DNA of 57,371 nucleotides, the filler included, from Dugesia japonica (taxonomy: Eukaryota), in the NCBI GenBank assembly GCA_001938525.1. It is 5 parts of 5 records of this genome, joined end to end, with 100 filler letters (N's around TTAATTAATTAA, not from the genome) between each part and the next. Parts side by side here need not be neighbours in the genome. Positions count along the whole stretch, not along the records: positions 25,066 to 39,612 come from MQRL01594576.1; positions 39,713 to 48,623 come from MQRL01647396.1; positions 48,724 to 57,371 come from MQRL01609909.1; 2 more parts are not named here. The stretch is one strand, 5' to 3'. Under the pieces are notes generated by a model that saw only the letters and a list, made by a program, of their open reading frames with translations, made no database searches and had not been told where the DNA came from. Shown in pieces: positions 38,410 to 53,200 of the stretch. Within the stretch, counting starts at the first letter, position 1. Each line of letters begins with the position of its first letter. The translations under genes and the position numbers were made by a program.

Positions 38410-40542
38410 CTAAAATAAAAAAATATAAAAATTTCAATTATAGTGCAATGAATTTATTGTAAAAAAAACAAAATTTAAAAAATGAAGAAAAGTCATTACT
38501 AGTTGTGAACAAAACTACACACAAATAAATAATAATGAAAAAANNTTTTTCAGAGTTTTTGTGTATTTCAAAAGATTGTGTATTTCATTCAACTAATTTA
38601 ATTAGATCACAATTTTTTTGCCATATAATTTTCATTATTTAAATTCTTTATAAATAATTTTTATCGAATATAATGAAAATTAAATTCATGAACTTAGATA
38701 AAGCTTTTATCATTTCAAGTGTCAGAAAAATTAAATTATTCGATAAAATATAATTTAAAAAAATATTTTTTTTAATTAAATCAATAAAAATATTTTTNAA
38801 ATTATTTATTAAGAAAAATATTTACTTTTTTTCATTAATTTAAAATATAGATAAATTAATATTAAATTCAAAGAAACATATTTTATGTATCATACAAATG
38901 CAAAGAAAAAAAATTATTAAAAATTAAGCTATGATTGCATACCATTAGTAGCCAAAATAAATTTACAGAAACTGAAAAATATTAGTCCTATGATGTATTA
39001 TTTATGTATTATCGTAAAAATCTAGTTAGTATAAGCTTGCAGATATCAGATAAATTTATATATTTTATATTAATTGAAGTAATAAATTATAAATACGAGA
39101 AAAAACCTCANNNNNNNNNNNNNNNNNNNNNNNNNNNNNNNNNNNNNNNNNNNNNNNNNNNNNNNNNNNNNNNNNNNNNNNNNNNNNNNNNNNNNNNNNN
39201 NNNNNNNNNNNNNNNNNNNNNNNNNNNNNNNNNNNNNNNNNNNNNNNNNNGTTTAAATACACTTCAATTTTGAAATTAGCTTCTGAATCGTAGAATACTT
39301 TATTTAAAATATAATTAATATTAAGCAGATCCGTTTTAAATTAAAAATCATTTATTACAGATATAAAGAAATTATTGCATATTTATACCTTTCAAATATA
39401 TGATACATAAAAAATTAGTTTTTATTAAGAAATATACTAAACCTGCAGCAAATGTAATAATTCAGTGATATTTTAAGATTAAGAATTTGAAAATATCTAA
39501 ATCAAAAAATAGCAATATATTTTGTTTTGTGACAGTTTTTAATAAATTTAAATTAGAAGCCCTTCTCAGATGTTTTTTGACCTGTGGTTCAAAAGTAATG
39601 GTGAGTTATAATNNNNNNNNNNNNNNNNNNNNNNNNNNNNNNNNNNNNNNNNNNNNTTAATTAATTAANNNNNNNNNNNNNNNNNNNNNNNNNNNNNNNN
39701 NNNNNNNNNNNNTTTTATTGTTTCCACACATGTAGCAATGTGTGTTGTTAATTAAAAATGAATTTTTTCAATCGATAATTAATAGTTTATAATTATTTAT
39801 TGATAATAATTAAATAAAATATTGTTTTTCTAGTTTCTATCAGTTCTTCAAGCACCAGTTGAAGACTCAAAAACCGACAATAAAGAAGAAGAATGGATGC
39901 AAGTTAATAAAATTATTTATACTTTAAAGTTATTAAAAGAAAGTCATTAAAAAAACAGTTTAAAAGTAATTCTGAAAAAATCAAAAATAAAAACTTAAAA
40001 ATATTTAATCCGTTAATTTTTCACTAATTATTTTCAAAACACGTATTTGTTTGAAATTTCGAAATTAATTTTGTCTGCAAGATTAGATAGTGAATCCTTT
40101 AATTGCTTATCGATTTATTCTTTTAAATACAAGTAATCATCATAGAAAATGTCTAAATATGATAATTTATTTTGTTTCAAATACTCGAAAAATATTTGAA
40201 GAACAGCCAAGTGATTATAAAAGATTAGTAATTAATTTTTTGTTAAAACTTTTTTGAATAAAATAAAAGACATTTTCTTTATTGTTTTCATTTTACACTT
40301 TATAATTTTTTATATTTGTGTTTTATTAGTTAAATTCGAAACTTCACAACTCTCCATAAATTTTATTTTTTATTACAATAAAAATAAATAAATTAAAATA
40401 AAAATTATATCAAGAATAATTCGTAGTATTCAAATAAATAATCTAAGAAATTTTTCAATAAAATAATAAATATTCTACTATACATAAAAATTTAAAAAAT
40501 AGTTTAAAAATGTCGAGTTATTTAATTTAATGAAATATCTCA

Positions 40543-40717
40543 TTTTACATAAAAATTTCATAAAATATTTTACCTAATAATTTATTAAATAAATTAAAAA
40601 TATTTAATTTTATGGAATATTTTATTTTACAAAAAAATTTCATAAAATATTTTACCAAATAATTTCATAAAATAAATTAAAAATATCGATTTAATTTTAT
40701 GGAATATTTTATTTTAC
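40543..40717. repeat. ~87-bp tandem duplication
   Basis: aaaatttcataaaatattttacc..ttaattttatggaatattttattttac occurs twice. Confidence 0.8.
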
Positions 40718-42253
40718 GTTTTAAAAATAAATGACAACCAATTAACTTCCATATAATCATATTTTGCAGCTATTTGAAAGCCTTCTATTCCAATTGTTAT
40801 AATATAAGGATTATTGCTTGAATGATACACTTTCAATAGCTCTCACTTTCCCGATGCCGTTAATAAATGTTTTTTCTTGGGATGCCTCTGTTATGATTCT
40901 GTAAACAATTAGCAAGAAATCAGCTAAGAATAATTTCTTTGTTGTTCAAACATAAGCTAAATAATTGAAAAATTTGTATCTCTAGAAAAAGTACTTAAGA
41001 AATCATAAAAGTTACTCCACTGTGACTTTTCAGCCTAATAATCCCAACTTAAAGATTATTTTAAAACTGAATAATTCAACCTTCTTCGTAAGAGTATTCA
41101 TATATATTTAGAAGTCAGACATAATCAGCATTAGTTGAGTAAAAATTTCCAATTTTAAGAAATTTTAAGTCGGAAAACATACATTGCCATTTTCATGTGC
41201 AAATGAACGATTTTTTTTTACTTTAAAATAAATTGCAATATTTCTATTTAAGAAAATTTTACAGCAATTTTAATGGCCACTTTAATGCTTATTAATACAA
41301 CTTGCGTGCAAAAAAACTTTTGATTTAAGACTATTAGTAAAATGAATGTGTGGTGGAATACACACATACATTACCACTGACAATTACTAGCATTGATCAC
41401 AGATACTTTTTAAATTTTTAGAAACAATCTATTGGATTTGTTAGATTTATTTGTTTATTTCATGTAATTCCATTAAAATAAGAATTTCAAGTCAAAACTT
41501 TATTAAAAAACAAATAATTGTTCTATAAAATTCTTCTTGAACGTTTCTTCTCGAAATTGATTTATCCAATTTGTGTATTTTTATAATTTATTTAAACAAA
41601 TTATTTAAAAAACATTTTATTAAATTACTTATTTTAAAATAAACCAAATTATTATTTTTTATTAAATTAATATATATTTTAAATTATTTCAAAAACTAAA
41701 ATAATTTTTATAATAAATATTTATATTTAAAACCCTGAAATTAAACTTTACATTTAGATTACAAAATCTTCAAATTGAAAAATTGTAAGACAGTTTTATA
41801 CTAAGAGTTTCCATTAAAAAAATTTTGTAAACATTTGTGAAATTTTGTACAATTAAGTTTTAAATTTACATTTATAAATTTATGCTAACAAACATTAATT
41901 TTAATAAAATCCTTGCGGTTTTCTAAAAATACCTAATTTAATTTTCTTTTTAGAAATTGTTTTCTTTTATTGATTAATCAATATTCCAAAAGTATTACCT
42001 TTAAAAATAAATGTTAATTTAAAACCACTTAAATTAAACCACTTGTCTGACATTCTCTTGTCAGAAATCAACTTCTATTTATTCCCGAGATTGACTTACC
42101 CGAGAATAGCACGGGCATCGTGATAATTTACGCTATTGTTTTGATTTACCTGTGTTTTGCTGCTTGCTTCATTCATGAAATTCTTGATTTACTCCGTTGA
42201 TGTGCTTCTCATAACTCACACTAGTAACAATAAGTGGAAATTATAGATTTTAA

Positions 42254-42323
42254 CACGTTAACTGCAGCAATACTATTTTTATGTGTATGTGAGGCATATT
42301 TGTGGCACACGGCGTGCACCGTG
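42254..42323. mobile_element. 70-bp piggyBac-like miniature element
   Basis: TTAA|CACGTTAACTGC ... GCGTGCACCGTG|TTAA: TTAA on both sides and imperfect CACG termini. Confidence 0.45.
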
Positions 42324-43139
42324 TTAATATAATATTAAGATGGAATTTTAGAAAATGTTCTTGTAGATTTGCAAGTTTCGTTAAATCAATTAATATAGTT
42401 TAATTAAATATTCTTTTAAATTAAACAAAATGTTTAAATGTTATCTGGAAATGATTCAAGAAATTCATAATTCAAATATCCAACTTATTTTATTTACGTT
42501 AAGACGTGATAATTTGAAAATTAAAAAAACAAGTTATTTCAAATATAAATCACAAAATAAAAACAAAAAAATGCATTTTTAAAAAGTGAAATATTAACGA
42601 TATCTTTTCATATTTGACTTCCTTTAATTAATTACTTTGAAACTTAACTTCCTTATTTTTAGAAATTTTTAAAAAACAAACTGCATTGACAAAGTAAAAC
42701 ATCATTATTAGACTGTAGTCTAATGGCTGTTCAAATAAAAGATTTAATGCAAATAGTTTATAATTAATTATTTTTTATTAAAAGATTTTTAAAGAAAAGT
42801 TGCAACTTATAATTACTGCAAAATCTTTAAATTGAAGACTTCTTAGAAATATTCATAAAGTAAAACAAATAGGGAAAAAAATCTACTGCATTATTTACAT
42901 TATCTGTAAACACATTAAAATGTGCAGTAGATATTTCCAATAAATTTACTTGTAAGAATGCTAATTAGTAGGCAATATTTGTATCTANNNNNNNNNNNNN
43001 NNNNNNNNNNNNNNNNNNNNNNNNNNNNNNNNNNNNNNNNNNNNNNNNNNNNNNNNNNNNNNNNNNNNNNNNNNNNNNNNNNNNNNNNNNNNNNNNNNNN
43101 NNNNNNNNNNNNNNNNAAATTTTATTTACCTCAGTAGGC

Positions 43140-43604
43140 TTTGGAAAATTCTATTTTATAAAAATTATAGTTTAATATGCAAAATATTAAAGTATTATTT
43201 AACTGGAGACACTTAAAGAAACATAATCTTTTGAAAAGTGGAACTATTTCTTTCAAAAAGAGCCTGCCCCAAATTTATTAAAAATAGCTCATTACGTCTT
43301 TTCGATTCCAGTTTCGAATGCGAATGTTTGAATGATTTCTAGCGTAATGGACAATCTATGGACCAACAAACGTTATCGAATGTCGTTGAATTTAGTTTAA
43401 AGCGAACTTTATATCTTCTTTAATATTCCTTAAACATTCCAAAATGTAAGAGAAAAAGTTTCTAAAATTAAATTCTGCTAAGAGCTACTTACCAAAATGA
43501 AAAATATAAAAAAGCATAGTTTTATTTTAAAATTTAGTTTTATTTAAATACTTTTCATTTTAAAATTGTGTCCGGTATTTTTTCGGTTTTAACTGGCAAC
43601 CCTA
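43140..43604 (+). mobile_element. hAT transposon 3' remnant
   Basis: PNLLKIAHYVFSIPVSNANV*MISSVMDNLWTNKRYRM (cf. SIPxSNAxVERxFS..WT..RNRL); ends in TIR ctggcaacccta (reverse complement TAGGGTTGCCAG). Confidence 0.8.
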
Positions 43605-43973
43605 TTTGTATCTACTAAGAACTAAACTTTTAAATAGTGTAATTTAAGAATGAAATAACTTAAATAGATTAAAATTTTTAAATTTATATTACCAAAGATT
43701 TGAAAACATTTATTAAACTAGAATTTTAATAATCAATTCTTTAACTAAATTTTTTAATCCAAATCAAAAATTCTTAAATATTTATGGGTTAATATTTTGA
43801 ATACACCACAGTAAAGCACAAATTTAATTTTGTTAATCCATTTAATGGGAGTAAATTCAGCGTATTAAATTGTATTGGAATAAGAATAAAATTAGATGGA
43901 AAATAATAATGAGTTTAAAAATATTAATTTCCAGGCAATATAAATGAGAGTCAATGTAATTGACCATAACCGA

Positions 43974-44455
43974 CAAGGGTCTCAAACTCAAATGGTCTAT
44001 CGGGCCGCATTAGACCATAGTCGCTAGTCAACGGAACGCACTAATAGTGTAATAATAATCTTCATTTTCAGCTTTTCGTACAACAATAAATTACTATTAA
44101 TTATTTAACAGTAGAACATTTAATCAACTTTTCTTAAAGCATTTTGTTGGAATTTTTTAAAATTATTTCAAGATTTTTCATCTGTCAAAAAATCAGTAAT
44201 CTAAATTTGACATATTTTAGATACTATTCATGCTGATCTACCGTAGTTACCTAATGGTAGTATATTCAAAATAAATATACGCATTTTGTTTAATAATAGC
44301 AAAAAAAGAGTATAATNAAAAAAAATGTTAAGCGAATTATATCTAACTTATTTTTAATATGCGTCGGTTTGTTATTTAATTATATGTTATTGTGTGCCGA
44401 TATATTGGCCGGGTAGCAAAAATGTTCGTTGAGGGCTGCAAATTTAACACCCCTG
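43974..44455. mobile_element. hAT/Charlie-type MITE
   Basis: Termini CAAGGGTCTCAAAC ... ATTTAACACCCCTG, subterminal gggccgca/gggctgca, and an imperfect 8-bp TSD ataaccga/ataacctg. Confidence 0.75.
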
Positions 44456-46860
44456 ATAACCTGATTAATCTCATTATGTTAATAAAAAATTGTTATTTTT
44501 ATTATTCTTAAATATATATTTTTGTTAAATAAAAATTATATATTTATTTCAATTTTGTTATCTCATTGATTTTAGTATAGAGCCGTACTTTTGAATTGTT
44601 TTAAATTTTGGAGGTTGGTAATGCTTAGTAGATCCTAATATTTTACTATGTGAAATATTATCTGATGTTATAATAATAAATTGAAAGTTTAATATTAAAG
44701 GTTTACCACTCAATTCAGAACGAAACTAGACAAGATATTAAACGTGTACTAAATAATAGAACACGTGCAATTCTGGCGTACAATGGTAAACTTATTTTTG
44801 CCATCATAATAAAATAGAAATAAATATATTAATTGTAAAAGATAACTTATTTTCTTCAAACCTTTGATAATTTGTTCTTATGTTTATTTTTTAAATAATG
44901 TAACTGTTAAAAATTTGATTTCATATTAAATGCTGAGATAGTTATACATAGACAACATTTTATTTCCAAATTTTCTTTAATCATCTTCTTTTCTTGAAAT
45001 GCTTCCAAANNNNNNNNNNNNNNNNNNNNNNNNNNNNNNNNNNNNNNATAGACCATTGTTGAAAAATACTGAAAAAAGTAAATACAACGAATAAATTTTA
45101 ACCATAAATTTTATTTCTACATAAAACGAATATTAAAACATAATATTCCCAATGATCTCAATATCAATCAAATAAACAATTAGTCAAATTATTGTCAAAA
45201 GATGTTCTTTCCAAAAATGTTCTTTTACCGAAGCGTTTATCCTTGCGCTTTATAACCCTTTGATTCCGGATACTCGAAGGATTTACAACTACTCTCTGTC
45301 TCAATGTTATATAGGCACACCATCAAATTTCCACACATGTGATACGTGTCTTAGGACTTTACATTTTCAAATAAATAAATGTGATTTATTAAAAATAAAG
45401 TCGAAAGTAAATAAAACATTCTACGNNNNNNNNNNNNNNNAATTTTGGCTTTCAGTTCAAAATTTGTATCCTGAAATCAGCATAAAAATAGTTTAAAATA
45501 TTTTTTCATTTGAATCCTCATGGCTATGTGAATTTGGATTTTCAGTAGTGACATAAATCTAGTCAAAAAAGAAAGACTTTTAAAAGTTGACGATAAAATA
45601 AGAACTTGTCTGTCAACTTTGGAAACATGTTTTGATAAAAATCCCTAAAAAACAAGTTAAATCTTATTATTAATATAAAAATTAGCAAAAATATTTTATT
45701 TTTTTTATAATATTTAAAATGCTTTTTCAACAGAGCTGCGAAGAATTTTAGATATTTTAGGGTGCCATCGGGTAAATAAAACACTGATATAAAATAATGA
45801 TATTCCAATTGGTAATAAAAAACAAAAATGAAATTTAAATGAAATTTGTTTAAACCATTTTAAATATTTTAAAAATAATTTTTCAATAGCGTTTCATTTT
45901 CTTAACCTATTGTAACTAAATGAGAGGTAAACTATTAAAAATTTTAATAGGAAATGTATCCAAACTAACTAAAATAAACAAAGCAAGCTATTCAAGACTT
46001 CATATTACTATGGAGTCGTAAAATGATATAACAATTTGTATTCAATAATAATTTATTATTAATTACAATAAATGACGTTTACAAATTGAAAATATACCTT
46101 TTTAAAATTAAGTAACAAAAAATATTTTTGTTTGAAAAAAATATTTTATTTTTCGCAGATTATTAGTTAATTTATATTTGTAATATTGATAATGTATTTT
46201 CAGTTTTGAGATTTTATTTTATTTTACTTATATTGATTAATATAAACAAAGTTTATTTCCCTACATTTTCCATATTATTAAAACAATTTTCATATTAATT
46301 TAAAGATAATTGCTACACGGGTTGTTGTTTTAAAGTGTAATTTTTTATATTGCTACTAGGAAATTTTTTTGAAAGAACTTGCTGCTTATTAAAAGGAAAC
46401 GAAATAATTTTTTTATTCCAAGTAAAATTTATTCATTGAATAAGCTAATGAAAGAATCAACAAACTAAAATAAGATATAATTCTACTAAAATATCACCGG
46501 TTTTTGCCAAAATATATTTAAAAAGTTTGAAAATATATTTAAAATTTGTTTGAATTTACATGATATAACACACTTTCAAAAAATGAATATATTTGAAGAA
46601 CAAACATTATCCAATGATATTGATGATACTCAAGTTTTAATCAAACAGCGAAGAAAAAGACCAACAATTACAGTCGACATGCTGAAAAGCATTAGACAGG
46701 ACCTTGCTAAATACTGCTCTGTTGAAAATATATCAAATAATGAAAATATTTTCCTACAAGCAGGTATAAGATCATGTATAAAGTTTATGATGGTCTTTCA
46801 GACAAGGAGATACTAATTAATAACTTGTTTCTCATTTTCTACTGAATAGATATAATGGAA

Positions 46861-47230
46861 CAGTTTCTCGCAAACGTTTTTAGTCTCCGGCATATCAAAA
46901 TATAATATTTTTATCCGTGACACATCAATTTCTTTCATTCATTCTGTTTTAAATACTTGTCCATTCTACATATTATACAAATATTATTACCAAATAACAT
47001 CTAGAATTTTTCTAGATTCTAGAAAAAAATTTTTATTTGATGTGTCGCAGACTAAAAAAGTTCTAGATTCTAGAACTTTATTAATATTTAAAATCTCTTG
47101 CTGCAATCTTGGATTTCATCGCTGCACACAGTTGGCGACACACTGTTCCAGATTCTAGGACTTTATTAAAATTTAAAATCTTTTGCGGCACACTTGGATT
47201 TCATCGAGGCACACAGTTTGCGAGAGACTG
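46861..47230. mobile_element. hAT-like MITE with tandemly duplicated right end
   Basis: CAGTTTCTCGCAAAC ... GTTTGCGAGAGACTG; an ~85-bp unit is repeated at 47063-47146 and 47149-47230; no matching TSD. Confidence 0.65.
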
Positions 47231-49918
47231 AGATAGAGCAATAATTGATTTTCTTATATTTTGAGCTTTTACAAGATTATTATTTAAAANATATTTCTGC
47301 AAAAATCTGTAATTAACACAAACGTTTTTCAAACCAAATTGAAATTTTACTTTAATAATAAAAACGTAAAAGAAATCGTTCAACAGTTTGATTAATTTCA
47401 TTCTCATCTATTTTAATCTAAGCATTTAAAAGAATTAAATCCCTGAATATTGAAAATTATTGTTTTTATTTTCTTTCGTTTGATTAAGTAAAATCTATTA
47501 AAGAAAATCTTTATTAAATCAAATCCACAAAAGGCGACAAAGTATTTCATCAGTTTTCGCAGTTCAAATGTCGATTTTACTCTAAACCACTTGTCTATAA
47601 ATATTTCCTTTAAGATTATTTNATTTATTAAGAAATTGTAAAATGTCTCAAATGATACTTTTAAAGTTAAAAGAAAACTTTATTAAAGAGTACAGAATTA
47701 TAATTCAGAAATCAAAGGAGTAAATTGCATTTAAATCACTAAATGGCTGTCACAACAACGTAGAGTTTAAGTAGAGTTTATCAAATAAATTCTTCGTTTA
47801 TTTATAGATGTATGTTGGGCAAGACTAATTGCCAACAATTATAACCATGATCATAAATCGAAGTCATTAAATGTCCATGAGAATACGATTTCTTAAATTA
47901 ATGTATGCATATGAAATTCGTGTATTAATGCATAATGTATTAATCTTTAGAAATGATATGTCAACAGAAAAAAAGAATTAGAAAATATTGTTTTTTATTA
48001 TCAAGTCATAAAGGAAAATTTGATTATATAAATGGATAAATAGTAGATCAACCAGATGGGTAAATCGCAAAATAAATTTGAAAAACCCCTAGGGTTTCCT
48101 TAAAGTCTCAATTGTAATGTTCAATTTTTTAATATTTCTAATTTAAGGCTATGAAAAATAGAGAATTTCTGAATACATTAAATTTTTAGCTTAAAGAAAC
48201 TTATCTATTGATATATAAAAACAAAGGATTACTGAAAATCTTTTGTATACATCTTGTTTTGTTCTACAAGTATTATGCTATTGTTAAACANTTAATATTC
48301 TATCAATCGAAATTCACGACGAGTTGAGAGATTTTTAGTTGTTTAAATAAATTAAATTAATTATGTATGATTTCTGATTAATTATGAAATTTTATAAGCT
48401 TAAATCATTTTTGGTCAAGACATACGAAATATTGAACAATGTTGTAAAATAATATAAAAACAATTTTGATCTTTGCATATTAAAAGAAAGATTGTGTAAT
48501 GTTATCTATTAACTTAGTAATAAATAATTAAAAACAAATACGAAGTTGATTACTGAATTTAAATTGATTTTAAGATGAATTATAACATTGAGGTCCTAGA
48601 TTTCTTTCTATCCATATGACAAANNNNNNNNNNNNNNNNNNNNNNNNNNNNNNNNNNNNNNNNNNNNTTAATTAATTAANNNNNNNNNNNNNNNNNNNNN
48701 NNNNNNNNNNNNNNNNNNNNNNNAATTATACGATTTAAGAAGAGGAAGACTGTAAATTTATTTTTACAAAGATCCGTTCCTGAACTTCTACAATAGTATT
48801 TCGTAAAACTTATCCTCATTTTTTGAAGTATTAAATACTAAAATAATTCCAATATAACACATTTTGAGTTGATGATAATAGGCGAAAATACTTTTTAATG
48901 GTATCCTAATTAAAGTTCGGTGTACCAACTTTTTACATTTGAAATTAATATACAAAGTATTTGAACCAAAGTTGGATGTACCTGGGGAATATTATTTCAA
49001 CTAAAGTGCAAATACATATAATCTTTTTGTTTTTTATTATATTTGGTTCAATTTAATTTCAATAAATGGTAAATTAAAGTAGAAAGCAGTAAAACGCGAA
49101 TTCTTTATTAGTTATTANNNNNNNNNNNNNNNNNNNNNNNNNNNNNNNNNNNNNNNNGGTATATTTTTAGGCATATTTCTGAAATATAAAATTTGGGCCA
49201 GCACAAATACACACACACAGAAACACAAGCTACGTTGTATGATCACCTTGTTTTTCATCTTCACTATTCTCGTATACGAAATGAGAATTGGGGGAAAAGA
49301 AAATATTTAGTTAGCATATACACAAAGATGTCTTTAGTATTTGAAAACTTTTATTGAGTCCTTAGTCAAAATTTAATTTAAAGTCATTAACCATTTTACA
49401 TAAATTCTACCATTTTTAAAAACGAGAAATTAAAATCATATTGTCCAATTTTTACTACTTTACTAAAATTTTTATTACATCTATTAATATTTACCAGTTT
49501 TTAGATATTTCAATGCGGGCACTTTTAAATTGTCTCGTGGGCACCACGTTGCCGACTCCTTCTTTAAACGAATACAATCAGAAAAGCATGATAAATTTAA
49601 TTTAGAATTCATTTTTGAAATGATATTTTTATTTTAAAACAAATTTCAAATATAAAATTAAAGAAATAAAATTAAACTTTTGTTGATTTAAATAAACATT
49701 TTACAATCAATTGTAAATTAGAATTGTATTAACTAAATTTGGTTATGTATACAAATAAAACTGCAAGTTTGTACCTAGATCAAAGGTTCAATTTCTATTA
49801 TATTTTAACTAGAAAGGAAGAAGTTTACATTAAATCTGACTACACTTATTATTTAATCGATTTATCTCCATAAATACACATGATTATATCAAATCTTTGT
49901 TTTAATTGGTCATTTTTC

Positions 49919-49920
<2 letters not shown>

Positions 49921-49985
<65 letters not shown>

Positions 49986-50035
49986 NNNNNNNNNNNNNNN
50001 NNNNNNNNNNNNNNNNNNNNNNNNNNNNNNNNNNN

Positions 50036-50092
<57 letters not shown>

Positions 50093-50103
50093 GTTATTGT
50101 TAT
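49921..50103. repeat. (ATT)n microsatellite abutting a Gypsy LTR
   Basis: Direct reading. Confidence 0.95.
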
Positions 50104-50291
50104 TGTTAGGTAAATCTTCAAATGGTAATTCATTTTCCAAATCAGAACTAATATTTTGGGACATCATTTATTTTACTACTACAACTCTGCCATTTATAAA
50201 GAATTATCATTGAAAAGAACTGATTGAAACTTAGTACTGAATTAATTCAATTTCTATGGGCTAAAAATATTAAATAAAAATTATTTCCTTA
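50104..50291 (-). repeat. 3' LTR (~188 bp)
   Basis: Matches 54227-54375 with 8 differences in 149 nt by hand count; preceded on the minus strand by PPT AAGAAGGGGAG (50304-50294). Confidence 0.9.
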
Positions 50292-53200
50292 TACTCCCCT
50301 TCTTAAGAAACTTCTAAGTTTTTCCACATTTCNNNNNNNNNNNNNNNNNNNNNNNNNNNNNNNNNNNNNNNNNNNNNNNNNNNNNNNNNNNNNNNNNNNN
50401 NNGATAAAATCCTTCAAATCTGTCTTGACTTTTATTTCTTGTTTCTATCTTAATCAGTACAAAATCGCCCACTTTTTATTCTCTATTTTTATTCTCATCT
50501 GAAGTGTTTTCTTTAGTTTTACCAGAAACTTCTGACTCATACCATTTTTCTCTGCTAATCTTCTTTCCAAATACGATCTCAGCTGGGCTCACTCCAGTCG
50601 TCTTCTGCTTTGTTGCGTTCATTGTAAATTCTATTTCCGGTCTGCCAAAATCTGTTGTCTTTCTTTTCTGAAGTGTTGCATTAATCAAATCTCGAATTGT
50701 CCTGAACTGTGTTTCAATTTGTCCGTTTGCATTATGATGATAGGGACTCGAAAAGCAAAGTTTAATATCTAACTTCAGTTCAAACTCTCTCATAACTTTG
50801 GATTCAAAAGCTTTTCCACAATCGAGTCTTATTTCTCTTGGACATCTAAATCTCAATATCCACTTTTCAAAAATAGCTTTTCGTATTGTTTCCTCGTCTT
50901 GTCTTGTCTCAAGAAACAAATATTTACTGTACAGGTCGATTATTCCAAGAATGTATTTTTTTCATCCACTTGTTTCCAGTATTGGCCTACATATATCTGT
51001 GAATATGACTTCAAACAAATTGGTAGCTTCTAATCTCTTTGTCTTCTCTTTAGTTGCTGTCGTCACTACTTTGATCTTCTGGCAAATTTCACAACTACGA
51101 ACTATTTTTGTATTGGGCTCCACAAATTCTTCGCAATGTATTTCTTTCTCATATATTCGTACACTTTCTCAACTCCTGCATGACATAATAATTTATGTAT
51201 TTCTTCTATTGTCTTATGTATTTTGTCCTCCGAAATTTTTATTTTCTTGATTAAATCTGTGTCCTTAGAAATGTTTAATTGCTCTTGTTTTTCCTTTTCA
51301 ATCATGTTTAGTATTCTCGTTTTAATCTTCCCTTTCTTGGCATCTTCATGTGACTTTAAATATTGTACACATACCTAAAATTTTGGTCTAGATAACATAC
51401 CTTCATTACCATGTTGAATTCTTTTTCTATATTCCAAAACCATGTCTAGACAACTCAGATGATTAATCCATGTCTGCAATTGTGACGTAATTGGTTTCTT
51501 CGTCATCATCATGAAGGTTAGAAATGTTCTGTTATAAAAGTAAATCTTCTACCGTACAAATAGTGTTCAAAGTGCATGCAGAAATAATAATTTATTCGTG
51601 TGATGCAATATCATTTTTCATGACTCGTCATTGAGTGTGATCCATTGACAACAACTCTTTCTCTTCCTTCCTTATCTCTGTGACAATTATTGCTTCTTTT
51701 TTAAACGGATTAGTTCTGACACCATCCTTGCTAATTATGTATCCAAAAATCTTGATTTCGCTTTGAAGACACTGACACTTTTCTGGATTAATTCTTAAAC
51801 CAGCCTTCATTATTTCCATCAATACTCTTTCAATTACTTCATATTATGGATCTTAATTGTTCGTGAATATGAGGATGCCATCAAGATAAACCATGGCTCC
51901 ATTGATTCCGCCTACCACTTTTGTCATCATTTCTAGAAATGTTCCTGATGCCGCTGCGATACCAAATGGCATTCTATTAAAACAATATTGTCCGCGCTTC
52001 ATTGAAAACCCCTTTTTGTCTTGAGATTTTTCTTCGAGCTCTACCTGATAGTATGCATTTCCCAAATCTATTTAACTGAAATATTTGGCTTCATCTAATT
52101 TGTCCAGCATTTTATCGACATTAGGCATATGAAAGGCTTGTCGTTTCATTACAGCATTCAATTGTCTGAAATCCAAACACATTCTTATTTCTTTCTTTTC
52201 CTTGTTCCATACACAGACCAGTGGGGTATTCCATGGAGAGTTTGATTTCCGGATAATATTATTCTTGAAAAGGTTTTGGATAGCTTTTTTAATTTTAGAT
52301 TTTAAGTTTATTGGTTGTCTATATGGTTTTACATTGATTGGTTCACCACTTGTGATTATTTTGTGTCTTATCAGATGTGTNCGCCCTACATCCCATTTAT
52401 CTGCCGTAAAAGCATCTTCTTTACTTTCAATTATTTTCAATAACCGTTGATCCTCTTTAATCATCAAAATATTTAAGGCGCTTGTCAATCGCTCTCCTTT
52501 TTTAATTTTTTATCCGAATTTCACTTCAATATTGCAAATATAATTTTCTACTTTTTCATCNNNNNNNNNNNNNNNNNNNNNNNNNNNNNNNNNNNNNNNN
52601 NNNNNNNNNNTTTTTATCCGAATTTCACTTCAATATTGCAAATATAATTTTCTACTTTTTCATCCGTTTTGCTATCGACCTTTCACATAAGCTGGTATCC
52701 AAAATTCTTCTACATATCTATTCCTCCTATCAGATCTGGTGTTACTCTTTCAGCAACTTTGAACGTATTCTCTTTGCAAACTTCATCAATTATTACTCCG
52801 GTTCTAACTTTTCCAATAATTTCAAGTGTACTATTATTTCCACAACGNAATCTTTTATCACTCATTTCTAAATTTACTTCTCGTAATTTATTAAAACAAC
52901 TCAAACTCATCACGTTAATTCGAACCCCTGTATCTAATAGACATTTTACTTTATTTCTTTGAATTGATACCGTAACACTTGGTCTGCCTTGCAATTTATG
53001 GTACTAAATATTTCTTTTACTATATATATTCTTTTCTGCTTTAACTGTTCCAAACCTTTCTACTTTTCTATCATCCGCAAAACTTTCCTTTTTTAAGAAC
53101 CTGTATACTTTTTCTGCAACTTTCCCGATATCATCCAACTTTTTGACCCGTTGAGGACTAACTTAATTTAACAATGAATGGCTCCAACTAACTCCTCTAC

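Noticed and set aside
46550-46816. ORF with RRKRPTIT as a Tc1/IS630-like transposase N-terminus
   Set aside because: No catalytic motifs or TIRs found; too weak to call.
49190-49561. Charlie-like end (gggcaccacgttgccgactcct)
   Set aside because: Only one decayed terminus is visible and the other side is lost near a gap; boundaries cannot be supported.
52506-52665. Direct repeat inside Gypsy pol
   Set aside because: Flanks a 50-N gap; contig overlap.
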